A stretch of 63,796 nt of DNA, counting the filler, from Reticulomyxa filosa (lineage: Eukaryota; Protista; Foraminifera): NCBI GenBank assembly GCA_000512085.1. It is 21 parts of 21 records of this genome, joined end to end, with 100 filler letters (N's around TTAATTAATTAA, not from the genome) between each part and the next. Parts side by side here need not be neighbours in the genome. Positions count along the whole stretch, not along the records: positions 8,781 to 16,907 come from ASPP01014885.1; positions 17,008 to 19,044 come from ASPP01028157.1; positions 19,145 to 22,879 come from ASPP01018524.1; positions 22,980 to 24,010 come from ASPP01028053.1; 17 more parts are not named here. The stretch is one strand, 5' to 3'. Position 1 is the stretch's first letter, and every line of letters starts with the position of its first letter. Below are positions 11,542 through 23,398 of this stretch, piece by piece. The translations under genes and the position numbers were made by a program. The notes under the pieces were generated by a model that saw only the letters and a program-made list of their open reading frames with translations, had not been told where the DNA came from and searched no databases.

Positions 11542-14500
11542 ATGCAATTCGTGTACAATCACCCAGTCTCTACTTCACCTCCTTGGATTCCAGATGAAGA
11601 ATCGAACAAATGTCACAACTGCAATGGCTTGTTCACTTTTTCCCATCGTCGGCACCACTGGTGAGTTTGAATAACGAATGACTGACTCTACCCTCTTACA
11701 AAGAAAAAGTAAAGAAGAAATAAAAAATAACAAAAAAAAGTCGGTCATGTGGAAATATCGTATGTGACGATTGTTCGCGAGGACGTGAATGGATAGGAGA
11801 AGAAAAGAAGCGTATATGTCTAGCGTGTTCAACGTACTTGCAAATCAGAAGAAGCGGCGAAAAGCCAGAACATATAGTGAGTGTGATTAACAAATGTGTA
11901 AAGAAGTACCAAAGCAAATGGAGAAAAATTCGAACGTTGTTGTTTGCACATGAGTGCATTTTATCGAAGATCCAAAAGCAGGACAATAATGAAATGCCAC
12001 AAGGGTACTTGACTATACGTTTGAAGGGGAAAAAACAAAAGGGGAGACCGCGAGCAATAAAACAATGCATAGAGAACTGAAGACGGACGTAACATTTGAA
12101 AATGAAAATACAAAATGGTTGACACAACACGAAATTGAGGAAATGTTAAAAAAGGAGCGCAATGATGAGTTGATATATTTCATAGCCGTTCCTCCAAAGC
12201 ACAATGCGAAGCAGTCGCCATGGACCAAAAGGATTCTGTTGATCCTGAAGGACTCCCGTATCGTGTTGTCGTCGCCCTTGGATCCGAACATTCCTTTCGT
12301 TCGTTTTGTGTCCATTCCAAAAAAGAAACGCAGCATAAAGCCCCCGAGACATTTTAAAGAAGACGACGATGATGAGATCATTATGCTGGAAAAGGAATCG
12401 GAGGATACCGATGACGACGATGACAACAACAACGACGATAGCGAGGATGGCGATAGCAATGAGGACGAGAACGATGAGGATGATGACGAGGACGACGAAG
12501 ATGGGACCAAATCTATCCAAGTGCCTGTCCAAAATATTCATTTTCAATTTTATTCCAAATTGACAAATTTGCAACTCAATCAGATCGAGGATCTGTCCGA
12601 GCAATTCTACTCTGTGATCCCACAATTCCCAAAGGAGTTCAATTTCAATGCTGGTTTCATTTATTTTATTTTTTTATAAAAAAAAAAATTATATATATAT
12701 ACATATATGTACATACATATACGCTACGTGTAAGCTTTGTAATTGTATGCATGTGTGTATGCACTTGTATACGTAGCTGCAAAATGGTTGTTTTGCAATT
12801 CGCGCGTTTGGATAAATTGGAGATGGGTAACCCAAAAACACCGGACTCGGTGCAGAGTCAGTATAGCCATAGTCATAGCCAGTTGCAAAAGCCAGCTCTT
12901 TTGAAGACCAATAGTCAGCCTTTCAAAGCGCCATTTGCTTCGTCCCTCCCTTTGAAAGGTCCGAATGGTGTTGTTGCTGCGTCATCCCAAATGTCAACAA
13001 CTCAAATATCAACAGCTCAAATATCAACAGCTCAAATGCTAACAACGAGACAACAAAGTGACAAAGGCGGCAGCGACAGCCTAGCGATCACAGCGAAAAA
13101 ATTGAAAATGGCAGAAGCGAGTCCATCCCCGCCGAACATAGCATCCAAGTCGCCAACACCTGAAAGCAACACCAGCAAGACAGCACCTATCTCGTCGTCG
13201 TCGCAATTGGCCGCACCGTCCAATATCCACTCCCGCAGCAGTTCCTTGTCCACGTTTTCTTTCTCGGGATTGCATTCGTTTTTCACCACCTTTGGAGCGA
13301 CTTCTGTGTCGGACGTAAACATGGACGACGGCAAAGGCAAGGACAAGACGAGGGGGGACAAAGAAGGAAATGACGAGGACAACGAAGACGAAGACAACGA
13401 AGACGAGGACGACGAAAAGGGCAGCAAAGAGAGAACGGAAAAACAGCGCAGACACAAGACAGTAAGCGTCGCTGGAAAAAGCACAATGACAAAGCCGCCG
13501 ATGATGGTGTCTATGCGTACTCTCAGCGTCCAAGAGAGCGACGCGGCCATGAAATTGGCGATATTGCCATTTGCAGTGCAGTTTTATTATGACAAAGATG
13601 TCGAAAAAAAGAGGAAATTGACCGGCCCTTTGCCCCCTCCCACCATTCCTCGTACGCGACTGTTCAGTAGTGATGATGACGATCTGTCCCAACGAGGAAG
13701 CATCGCGTCTCCTCTCACCACCACTATTCCGCCCACGACGACCACCGCGACAACGATACCGACAATGGCAACGACAACAACAGCCACCACTGTCGGCTCA
13801 GAGTCTTTCTTCGACACTCGAACTCGCTCCAGTAGTGTGTACAAAAGAATGCTAATGGAGAGCGAGACGCGAAAAAGAACAGGCAGTATCGTGAGACCCA
13901 TGGAGCTGCCAAAGCCCTACGCACCTCCGTCCATTAATGCCAGAGGTGACGACGACCTGGGCATTGACAACGACCACCAGCCAATGGGACTGGCCTCGTC
14001 GTCTCGTCGTCTTCAACAACAACAACAACAACAACAACGGCAAAGACAACTATCAACTGAAAAGAGGAACAAAGTGTCATTCGAGGAACATGACAATGAA
14101 ACCATAGGCAAACAGGATGAAGACATGGAATACGGAAGAAAGGCCAGCAATACAGTGTTGACAGTGGTGACTGTGGAGGATGATGACAATGACAATGACA
14201 ATGACAATAACAATTACAGAGATAAACATAAGGATAATGATAAAAACAAGGACAAGAACAGGGACGAAGATGGAAGTCAAGTCGAATACGAAGACGAAGA
14301 TACTATCGAATGGGTTCGACAAAGTATCGACGAAGTAACCACGGATGCTCCAATCGCTCCACTTCGTCCAAAGAAATTTTCTGGACCTGAAGACGAAGAG
14401 TTAACCAATGAGGACGAAATCGAATTCTATTCCTCCGTCTCGCCCGTCGATGAATGTATGCCCAATGGCTTCCACGCTGTCGCTATGACCGCTGCTGCAG

Positions 14501-16189
14501 TCGCTGCTGCACCGCCCATCGTGGAAGATGACGAGAGCAGCACCAGTAGTGCTCGTCCTCATCCGTATCATCCCCCTCTTCCTCCTCCTCGAGACACTGT
14601 CACAGCCAATCCGACCTATGACACGTTTTGGAAACCCACCAATGTCAATCCAGTTCCGCCCAACGATCCAAAGAAATCCAATGCCAATGCCTCCATCGCT
14701 CCAAAGACACGACACTTTCAAAGTCGAACCTGGGCTCTCGGGACCAATGTCAAATTTTACAACGATATGTTCTTGCCTACAAATAAACATACTTTCAAAC
14801 GGTCCTTTGAGAGCGACGAGGACTACAAAAAAACTCGATCAATGCCAAAGGAGGATGAAGATAGAGCCAAACATAAAAAAAAGGAGAAAAGAAAAAGGAA
14901 AAGAAAAAAAAGAAAATGAAAAGGAAAAAGAAAAAGAAAAAGAAAAAACAAAAGAAAAAACAAAAGGACAAGAACAAGGAGAAGAAGAAGGAAGAGGAGG
15001 AGGATATTCAATGGATCGCATTCGAGGATTTTTTGGAAATTGGGCCATTGTGCCTACCAATGGAGCACCGCTCTCATCCTCGACCTCGTCCATGCATAAC
15101 AAGCAGACAACTGTCGATCTAGACAATAATAGTATCAAGCATCCGCAGTTTTCTACATTTGTAAAAGAAGATTGGTTGTCCTTGCAACCACGCACTAAAT
15201 TTGATGTGTGTCAAGATATTCTCGATGTCTTGTCTTGCCATCGCGAAAAGTTTGAATACGCATACTCACAATACGTACTTCAATTTTTCAAATTTACTCA
15301 AGACATGCGAACTGAAGTGTCTTGGAAAAATCACTCTCACCAAATTATGCTTCAGACGTTGTGGAGGTGCTTCATGTTTGACACTCGCTATCGAAATATG
15401 GAGCCACCCTCACAGTCTCATGAAGGATGGAAAGAAATTGGATTCCAAGTTATTTTGCTTGTCTGCTTTCTGATATTTTTTTATATTAATCTTTTTCCTT
15501 TTTTTTTACATTACGGTGGAGGAAATAGGGAAAAGACCCAGTGACTGATTTTCGTGGCATGGGTGCACACGCATTGAATGTAAGTGTTTATGCATTATTT
15601 ACATATGCTAAGTCTTATTTTTTTTTTTTTTTAGGTTTGTATGGGACTTCAGTGTATGGCTTATCTTGCGGAACATTATCCACAACATTGTAATGCCATT
15701 TTTGGAAAAGAAAAAAGTCCAGACAATTATTATCCAATTTGTACATCCTTCATCAATTTAGTCAATCTTATCTGTGAATTAACCAATGCGTCAAAAGGTA
15801 ACTCTTTCCTAAAAAAAAATTGTAAAACATCAATAAAAGGTTTATGTCTACACAAAACACTAGTGAGTGAATTGGAAATGATTGATCAAGCCCCTTTATT
15901 TAAATTGTTTTGCACGGTCCCAATCGAATTAAATCCATTTCAAGAATTGTTTTGTTCATTGGTGAAAACATTTGACAATGTGTGGCGTGAAACAAAATGC
16001 TCTTACATGGAATTTCGATTCTTGTACAACGCTTTCCGAGAAAGAGTCGAATTTCTGTTACAAAAAGAGCCGTGTTCGTTTTCTGTTTTCATACAATGGA
16101 TTGAAACCGATTCATATTTGTATCAATACAAGACTGAAAACATCAACCAAAAAGACACTCTCAATTCCAATATCTCCTTCTTATCTTGA
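11542..16189 (+). CDS. FYVE zinc finger + long low-complexity region + ELMO/CED-12 (ELMOD-type) domain protein, multi-exon
   Basis: Exons 1 and 2 (intron 11661-11740) give WIPDEESNKCHNC..FSHRRHHCRSCGNIVCDDCS...RICLAC (FYVE). C-terminal exons give LQTLWR..WKEIGFQ|GKDPVTDFRGMG|..GLQCMAYLAEHY..YYPICTSFINL (ELMO). There is a frame break in the A-rich run near 14880-14960. Confidence 0.75.
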
Positions 16190-16751
16190 TTGGTTTATTT
16201 ATAGATATCAATTCTCTACTATTATTCCCTTTCATTTTAAAAAATAAAGTAGCTTTGTATACAACATTTGCTCATTTTTGAAGCCATTTATTTTTATTTT
16301 ACTTTTTATTTTTTAAAAAAAGGGGAAAAAAGTTGATGCATTAACAAAATAAGCATTACAAAAGTTGAACGTAGACACTGTCTTTTTTTTTTTTGTTACA
16401 CAATATTTGTCCAGTTTGTTCTTTTTATTAAAATCATATAGATTTTACTGAAATTTTATATTCATATTTCCACTTTGTCTGTTTTAACGTTATTTTTTTA
16501 ATGAACCAAACATGCTTTCTTTCCTCTATATTGCGTCTGGTTTTCTTGGATTTTTCTTTTGTTTAAGTAGTTAAACATCTTTCATAAAACATATTGCAAA
16601 AAAGTAAATGCTATTTATCAAACTTATGATCTTTTTTTTAAAAAAATCAAAAGTGTTATCCAAGTTAAAGTTAGATGAGCAAAGAAAATTATACTTGAAT
16701 AAATGTTTTCTTTGATTGAAATGATTAAATTCTATCATTCGTAAATTAAAA

Positions 16752-16822
16752 TATCTAACATTTTTAACATTTTTAACATTTTTAACATTTTTAACATTTT
16801 TAACATTTCTAACATTTCTAAA
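16752..16822. repeat. 9-bp tandem repeat (TTTTTAACA)n, about 7 units
   Basis: Directly visible. It generates the spurious VKN repeat in ORF 16571-16891. Confidence 0.9.
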
Positions 16823-17234
16823 TTTGAAAAATCTTAAAAATCTTAAATAAATTACAGGAACTACTTTGTTTTTAATGATTTCTTCAATCATAAATGTAAA
16901 AAAAAAANNNNNNNNNNNNNNNNNNNNNNNNNNNNNNNNNNNNNNNNNNNNTTAATTAATTAANNNNNNNNNNNNNNNNNNNNNNNNNNNNNNNNNNNNN
17001 NNNNNNNTCATAAAATACAATCCAATTCTTTTCGAAACATATTTATTGATTGAATTACTTTCGAACTTTTTCTATATTTGTCATTATATTATTTGAAAAG
17101 ATTCAATGAAAATGGCAATATATCAAAGATTTTAAATAAAAAATTCAAACTGCTATGTAATCGCATAAATTATATGTCTTCATCGATTCATTTGAAACAG
17201 TTTAATAATTAAGTTTTTTGTTATTTTTAAAATA

Positions 17235-17415
17235 TAATAGAATGCAAAGTAAGTTGAAACCTAAAATGGCACCTTATATAGATTATTGATTTTCTACATG
17301 AAAAAACAGCATTCAGACCTAATTTTTTTTATTTAAAAAAATATCTACGAATCGTGTAATTTTTAAATATCATTTTAAAATCTTTTCTAATTGTTTAAAA
17401 AATTTGAAATTTTCA
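17235..17415 (+). mobile_element. Partial copy (TIR and subterminal region) of the Tc1/mariner family found at 19472-20755
   Basis: AATGCAAAGTAAGTTGAAACCTAAAATGGCACCTTATATAGATTATTGATTTTTCTACATGAAAAAACAGCATTCAGACCTAAT..ATCGTGTA closely matches both TIRs of that element. Confidence 0.8.
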
Positions 17416-17483
17416 CTAGTGCAAAAGTAATCAAGTTGACCATTAAAAAAAATATCCAAAAAAAAGACATATTCAGCAGAAAT

Positions 17484-19044
17484 TTACCAATTGTAAGGCA
17501 ACATTGATAAATACTCGATTGTTTTTAATCTTGGCTTTGCACGTCCTATCTTCCATGCAAAGCGGTAAACTTTATTTATCTGATATCTCTCTAAAATACC
17601 TTTTGTGCACATTTGATCAAGCATATGCTCTATGTTACTGATATTTAAAGGCTTGACGTTCAACCTTTCACATATTCTTTTCAATCGCATTTTAATTTGA
17701 GAAGCTGACCAACAGTAATTGCCTTGAGAGAAACAGTGCTCAATCACATACATTGTTGCTGTATCTATATTGTAATATTTTTGTTTGAAATCTTTTTTAT
17801 TAAATCTTTCTTTTTTTTTCATTCTTTCAATTTCTTCTATTTCTTCCTTTTCCATTCTTTCATCCAATGCTGTGTCTATTTATCAAATTCATTTGAATTT
17901 ATTTATTGTGAGACAAAACGAGATAAACATAACATTCATCTTCATTTTCACAATAAACTAAAGAATCAATCCATCTGTTAGGATTATCTGTCATTAAATA
18001 ATCCAAAGCAACTTTGGCTTGCTCGCCTAAATCTTTCCAAACATATTCATATGAATATTTTTCGATATTTTCTGTACATTTTATCAAAATCATTGTTTTT
18101 TAAATATTTTTTGGACAAAGTAAAATGAAGTGAAAGATATCTCTTTGTTTGTTAACAAAACGCAAAACAATATTGTCCATGAGAATAGTGCAGTCTTTTA
18201 AATAATAATCGTTTGTTTTTTGATCCATGCCTCAATATCATTTGGTGTAATTAATGTGTCAATTGGTACTCTCTGATGAGGCCACATTAACATACCAGGA
18301 CTGAACATTGCTACATGTTCGCCAATGTAAACCAACAAAGAAAGGAATTGTTGAATAACATCAAGTAGAGTAATTTCTTGTTCTTCCTTTTTTTGCCCAT
18401 TATCATATTTTTTTTCTTCTTGTTGTTGTCGTTGTTGATCTTTCACAATCAAATCTTTGGCATATACACAAAACATTTCAATACTAACGTCTTCTATAAA
18501 ACTTTTGACCATTTTTCGACGAAGCAAATAGTATTTCCATGCCTTCAATACCAAGATAGCAAGTCGAGTTTCAGTTCCAACACGCTCCTCTCTGATGTGA
18601 TAGGTTCTCAAAATTGTAAATACAGTACTCATGTTTTGATTTAAAAAAGCAATATAATATTTGTGATTTTGTATTTGGGCATCTTGGATTGCATTTTTAT
18701 ATTGATTATAACTTGACATCAAATCATATGCAATCTTTTCAACCTCCTCAGAATTAAATAAACGTAAATATTGTTTATTTCCTTTGAAATTAAATTGATA
18801 ATACTTTTGTCTTTCATAAGTAAATGCAACCAAAATGTTAAATTCACATTTGTCATATTTAATCCACAGACTTCTTTCAGAATACCATTGTTCTTTCTTG
18901 AAATATTTGCATATCCAATCTAATGTCTGTTTTTGCATTTTTTCGGCATAATAAAGGTCATGTTTGTTGTTTTTGTCCAATTGAAATAAAAATATAATGG
19001 TCGAATTATGTTTATGACGGATAGCCAATCTATTTTGTAGACAT
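17484..19044 (-). CDS. OAS-like nucleotidyltransferase-fold protein, apparently catalytically inactive, with a probable C-terminal winged-helix domain (5' partial; spliced or frameshifted)
   Basis: RSLWIKYDKCEFNILVAF ~ OAS VEFDVLPAF. MSTVFTILRTYHIR..TETRLAILVLKAW ~ FSTCFTELQRDFLK..TKLKSLIRLVKHW. SIEMFCVYA ~ ALELLTVYA. WKDLGEQAKVAL ~ WRQLAQEAEAWL. ORF 17484-17867 has a wHTH pattern. Confidence 0.62.
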
Positions 19045-19144
19045 NNNNNNNNNNNNNNNNNNNNNNNNNNNNNNNNNNNNNNNNNNNNTTAATTAATTAA
19101 NNNNNNNNNNNNNNNNNNNNNNNNNNNNNNNNNNNNNNNNNNNN

Positions 19145-19436
19145 AGGAAATATCGAAAAAACATTTTCATTGCTGTTTGAATTTGAGAAATGGAAGTCGA
19201 AGGATAGCAATAAACAAAAATGCAAAATGAGAATGAATGAATTTATAGAAAGACGTTGTTGCAATAATAATGTGAATTTATTTTGTATTTTTTGTTTTGA
19301 AAAGAATATTACAGTTCGTGGTGATATTGAAGACGCAATGATAACTACAATAAACAACGGATTACCATTTATTGAGAAAGACAAGTATTTGAGAAGAACC
19401 CAGTTAGATTTGAAAAATATTTTATTTGAATTGTAA
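19145..19436 (+). pseudogene. Fragment of a lineage-specific hypothetical protein, ending just before the transposon insertion
   Basis: ORF 19170-19436 (FEKWKSKD..MNEFIERRCCNNNVNLFC) looks coding and stops 35 bp before the Tc1 TIR. No function is recognisable. Confidence 0.35.
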
Positions 19437-19471
19437 TGTAAATATAGTTTTGTGTTTGAAGAAAAGAAATA

Positions 19472-20755
19472 CAGTATAATGCAAAGTAAAGTTGAAACAT
19501 AAAACAGCACATTATAGAGATTATTGATTTTTTTCATGAAAAAATAACATTCAGACATAATTTTTTAAAAATATCTGCAAATCGTGTACTTTTTAAATAT
19601 CATTTTGCTTTTTTAATAAATCTTTACTAATTGTTTAAAAAATTTGAATATTTTATTGATTTTTGAAATTTTTGAGAAAGAGTTGACAATCGTGCCTCGT
19701 CGTAACCATGAAATTTGCCAACTTTTTTTTAAGCATTTTCAGAAAATTCTCAATGCATAGATATTTGTAAAAAAAAAGATTAGTCTTCTAAGTTGCGTAG
19801 TTTTTGAGAAAACTCAATTTTTTGTTAATAAAAAATTTTTTGCAGAATTTAATGTTATTTTGTAAAGTTTATACATTGTGAAGGTATGATGGTTTTTGGC
19901 TACTGTTTGCTTTGTCTTTACTTATTATTGTTTTTTTTGCTTTTTTTTTTGTCTAATGCCAATTAAGTCAAGTTAATTCAAAAGTATTCGAACTGAAATT
20001 TTTTTTTGTGGTAAGATTATTTTTAATGAAAATTACCATTTGTTTACATCACTTTTTGCATTCTATACTGCTTGCATTTTCTTTGGCATTGATTTTGTTA
20101 AGTTTCTTTGTCATATTTTTTCAATTTTAATTTAAATTGTTTCCAGAGTTCTTCTTTTGATCCGAATGTCCATTTTTGAATACTTTCGTTTTCACTATCC
20201 ACCACAGATTTGGTTCAGGTCTGGAGAATTTGGAGTGAAATTCAATACTTTGACAAAATTTTGTTCAAACTATTTTTTTCTGTAATATCTGTGTGGCCGG
20301 TGGCATTATCTTGCTGAAATATCCAATTTTCGTTATCTTCTAAACACCAATTAATGCTTCTTGAGCATTTCATTAACTATAATTTCTTTGTAAATATATG
20401 CATTTGCACATCAATTAATGTCACATGCATAAAAAGGTATTTACACTCCAAAGCAAGACCACAAGATTATGCTTCCACTACCAATTTGATATTTTTATGG
20501 TGAACGTCAGCTTTGATTTACGCACACATTCATGACTTACACAAAATTGTTCTGCAACTTTGCGCAAACTTCAACACTGAGGCAACAGCTACGTCTTTTG
20601 TTAAAATTCTACAAAAAACCAAATAATATTTAAAACTACACGATTTGTAGATATTTTTTTAAAAAATTAGGTCTGAATGTTGTTTTTTCATGTAGAAAAT
20701 CAATCATCTCTATAAGATGCCATTTTAGGTGTCAACTTTACTTTGCATTCTACTG
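19472..20755 (-). mobile_element. Degenerate, internally deleted Tc1/mariner DNA transposon with about 135-bp TIRs and a TA target duplication
   Basis: TA|CAGTATAATGCAAAGTAAAGTTGA.. at 19470 and ..TCAACTTTACTTTGCATTCTACTG|TA ending at 20757. Minus-strand remnants: GSGSIILWSCF (~20450-20485), WIFQQDNATGH (~20290-20330) and FTPNSPDLNQI (~20205-20245). Confidence 0.9.
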
Positions 20756-22979
20756 TATATAGTACATATCATAAAAAATTCTCGACATAATTGTCAAAGC
20801 TTGTACTTTCATTACTTTGTGAAAGAAATCAATGTATGCAACACTTTTTTTAGACAAAGGAAATAAATTGAAGATTATTGCAAAAGTATATTGTAAAACA
20901 GGATTGTTGGTGAAAGATAACAAAAAGTTTAAAGAAAGTCACTTTTCTCTCTTAGTAACAGATAACGCTTTTTCTTCTTCTTTTAGTTTTGTCTATCTCA
21001 ATGTGATTGCTCAAATTTTATTTAATGTTGATATCTATTAAAATATTTTAGATTTGCATGAACATAAATTATTCATAATCTGTTTAAACAAACTTAGAAA
21101 TATTTAAATAAGACAGCAGAATAGGATAGTCTATCTCTTTATCAAATTCATATACTCTAATTGCTAATTGAATAATTGCATTTTCATGATATTCGATTCC
21201 ATAATCTTTTCAATTTGAAATGAAATTATCTTATGTAAAATGATTTATTCTTTTGGAATTAGCATTTTGATTTTTTAAAAAATAATTCGTATTTTTCTAT
21301 TGTTTTAGATTAGATTTGATGGACATTATAACAAGTGAGAATTGTTTGAAAGAATTTTATAATCAAAATAAAAATCTTGTTCAGTTAGAAATTATGAAAA
21401 TTGTTTATATTCTACTAGTTAATTGATAAAACGATATATTTGTAAATTGGACGTTATTTGTCCAATGCAATTTGAAAAAGGTGAAGATGAAAAAAATAAT
21501 GAAAAAATGTTATTTTTAATGAAAAATTAAAGATATCATTTCACATTTGTTTAAAGAATGTAAACTGATATTTCGATTTATTTGGATGTGAACATAAATG
21601 CAAGTAATCAATGATTAATGATCGCTTAATATATAATATAAATTATTGTTATTAAATATGTTACAGTATTGAAAGAAATTATTTTAACATTTAAGGTAAA
21701 TTATTTTTTATTTTTTTTAACACTTTAATAAATAATAATCGAACGATATCGATAAATTGAAAAGTAAGAAATGTAATCAGATTAATAAATATAAATAATT
21801 ATTAAATAGAATATAATTTCATGAAAGATGAAAAAATCTTTTCTTAAATCAAGTTTTTTAGAATTGATAAATAAATCTGTTTTTGCAACAAGTGTTTCAA
21901 TCAATATTCATTTTTGTTTACAAAGTTCATTCAAAAAAAGAATAAACATCAAAATATAACATGTTTTTTTTGTAAAACAGAAAGTATGATCAAACATATA
22001 TATCTTAAACTTTGAATGTGTTTTCATTGTCTTCAATTAGTTGATAATTGCATTTTTATTTTAGATTTATAAAATGAATCTTTTTTCAAAATTTCTATGA
22101 CATAATCAATTTTTCAGTTGTTAATACTTTTCTACATAGTGAAATAAATGGAGTTGTCGTAACAATAAATTATGTTTTTGCTATTCAAAGACTGTCATGA
22201 GTTATTTGTGCAAGTCAGTAAAATTAGGTCCTGATCAAAGAAACAGATAAAAACAATTATGTCAGGCTCAACACAAATTTGAACTGCTAAAAAACACCAG
22301 TCGTTCCGTTTCTTATTTTTTTGTTAGTTTTAAATTATCAAGAAACTACAAAAATTTGTTTTTTTCTACAATGACCATAAGTTAATTTAAAAAATCCCTT
22401 GGGAAACACTATTGAAAAAAAACAACATGAAAAACAGTCAATAAATACAATTTAAAGTAAAATATACTATTTTTACAATTTTTTTGTAATTGAACAAATT
22501 AACGTTTTTTATTTTGTTTGATATAGGGGTAACCCCCTTTATGTAATGGTGGAAATCAAGTGTAGAGGAAATTTTGAGACTCCTTCACAGAAAATAAAGG
22601 AGAAGAATGAATTGGATGTTCGTGAATTTGGATACGAAGGACTCTTTGCAAGTGATTTCTTCGACAAAGAACCAGCTATTAAGAACGTCGGCAAGTGGAA
22701 GATAGCAAGGAAGAAAAGAAACCATTAAATGGGCAATGAAAGAGAAGAAAAGGCAATTGGAGATCAACAATATTGTGGATGGCCGACAGTGTATTACAAG
22801 ACTCGAAAGCACAAGACAATGCCGCAATGCAAGTGGACAAAGAACATCAGCAAAATCTCACCGTCAAAGAAATTCCAGANNNNNNNNNNNNNNNNNNNNN
22901 NNNNNNNNNNNNNNNNNNNNNNNTTAATTAATTAANNNNNNNNNNNNNNNNNNNNNNNNNNNNNNNNNNNNNNNNNNNN

Positions 22980-23398
22980 GTGTGTTTTACTGTATCATTG
23001 TTATTGCTAGTATTACCATTGTCGACATTATCATTATCCCAAACACTTACATATTTCATTATTAATGTGTGTTTTTTTTTGCCATTACTTTGTCCACCAA
23101 AAGATAATAATATTAGTTCATTCGCATTATCATTGGCATTGTTTATGCACTTTATCACACAGTGTCCATCTAATTGAACACTGCTTGGATATGAACAAAC
23201 GTGTTTGTATTGGTCTTTGAGTATATGATAAGAATAACAATCTCTCTTAAAATAATCACCACAAATCAGAATTTCGTGGTTGTGTGTTACACATTGAGTT
23301 TTAATAAATTGAGAAGAACAGGACGCCAAAGGCTCAAATAAGGTTCCAATGGTCAAACTTGAAGCTTGTTTTTCTGTTTTAACGTCAGTTGGATCCAT
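22980..23398 (-). CDS. Kelch-like beta-propeller family protein (3' partial)
   Basis: FEPLASC..QCVTHNHEILICGDYFKRDCYSYHILKDQYKHVCSYP..LDGHCV..LLSFGG..HTLIMKYVSVW. It is a paralog of the 7617-8330 remnant. Confidence 0.7.

Noticed and set aside
12013-15195. Many long antisense or alternative-frame ORFs (poly-Ser, poly-Val/Ile, poly-Phe)
   Set aside because: They are shadows of trinucleotide low-complexity coding sequence on the opposite strand. The same applies at 37542-37947, 55076-56131 and 58906-59487.
16571-16891. ORF with VKN repeats
   Set aside because: It is a by-product of a 9-bp non-coding tandem repeat in AT-rich DNA.
22546-22879. Coding-looking stretch at the contig end, as a retroelement or gene
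   Set aside because: It is interrupted by stops and has no recognisable motif, so no call can be supported.
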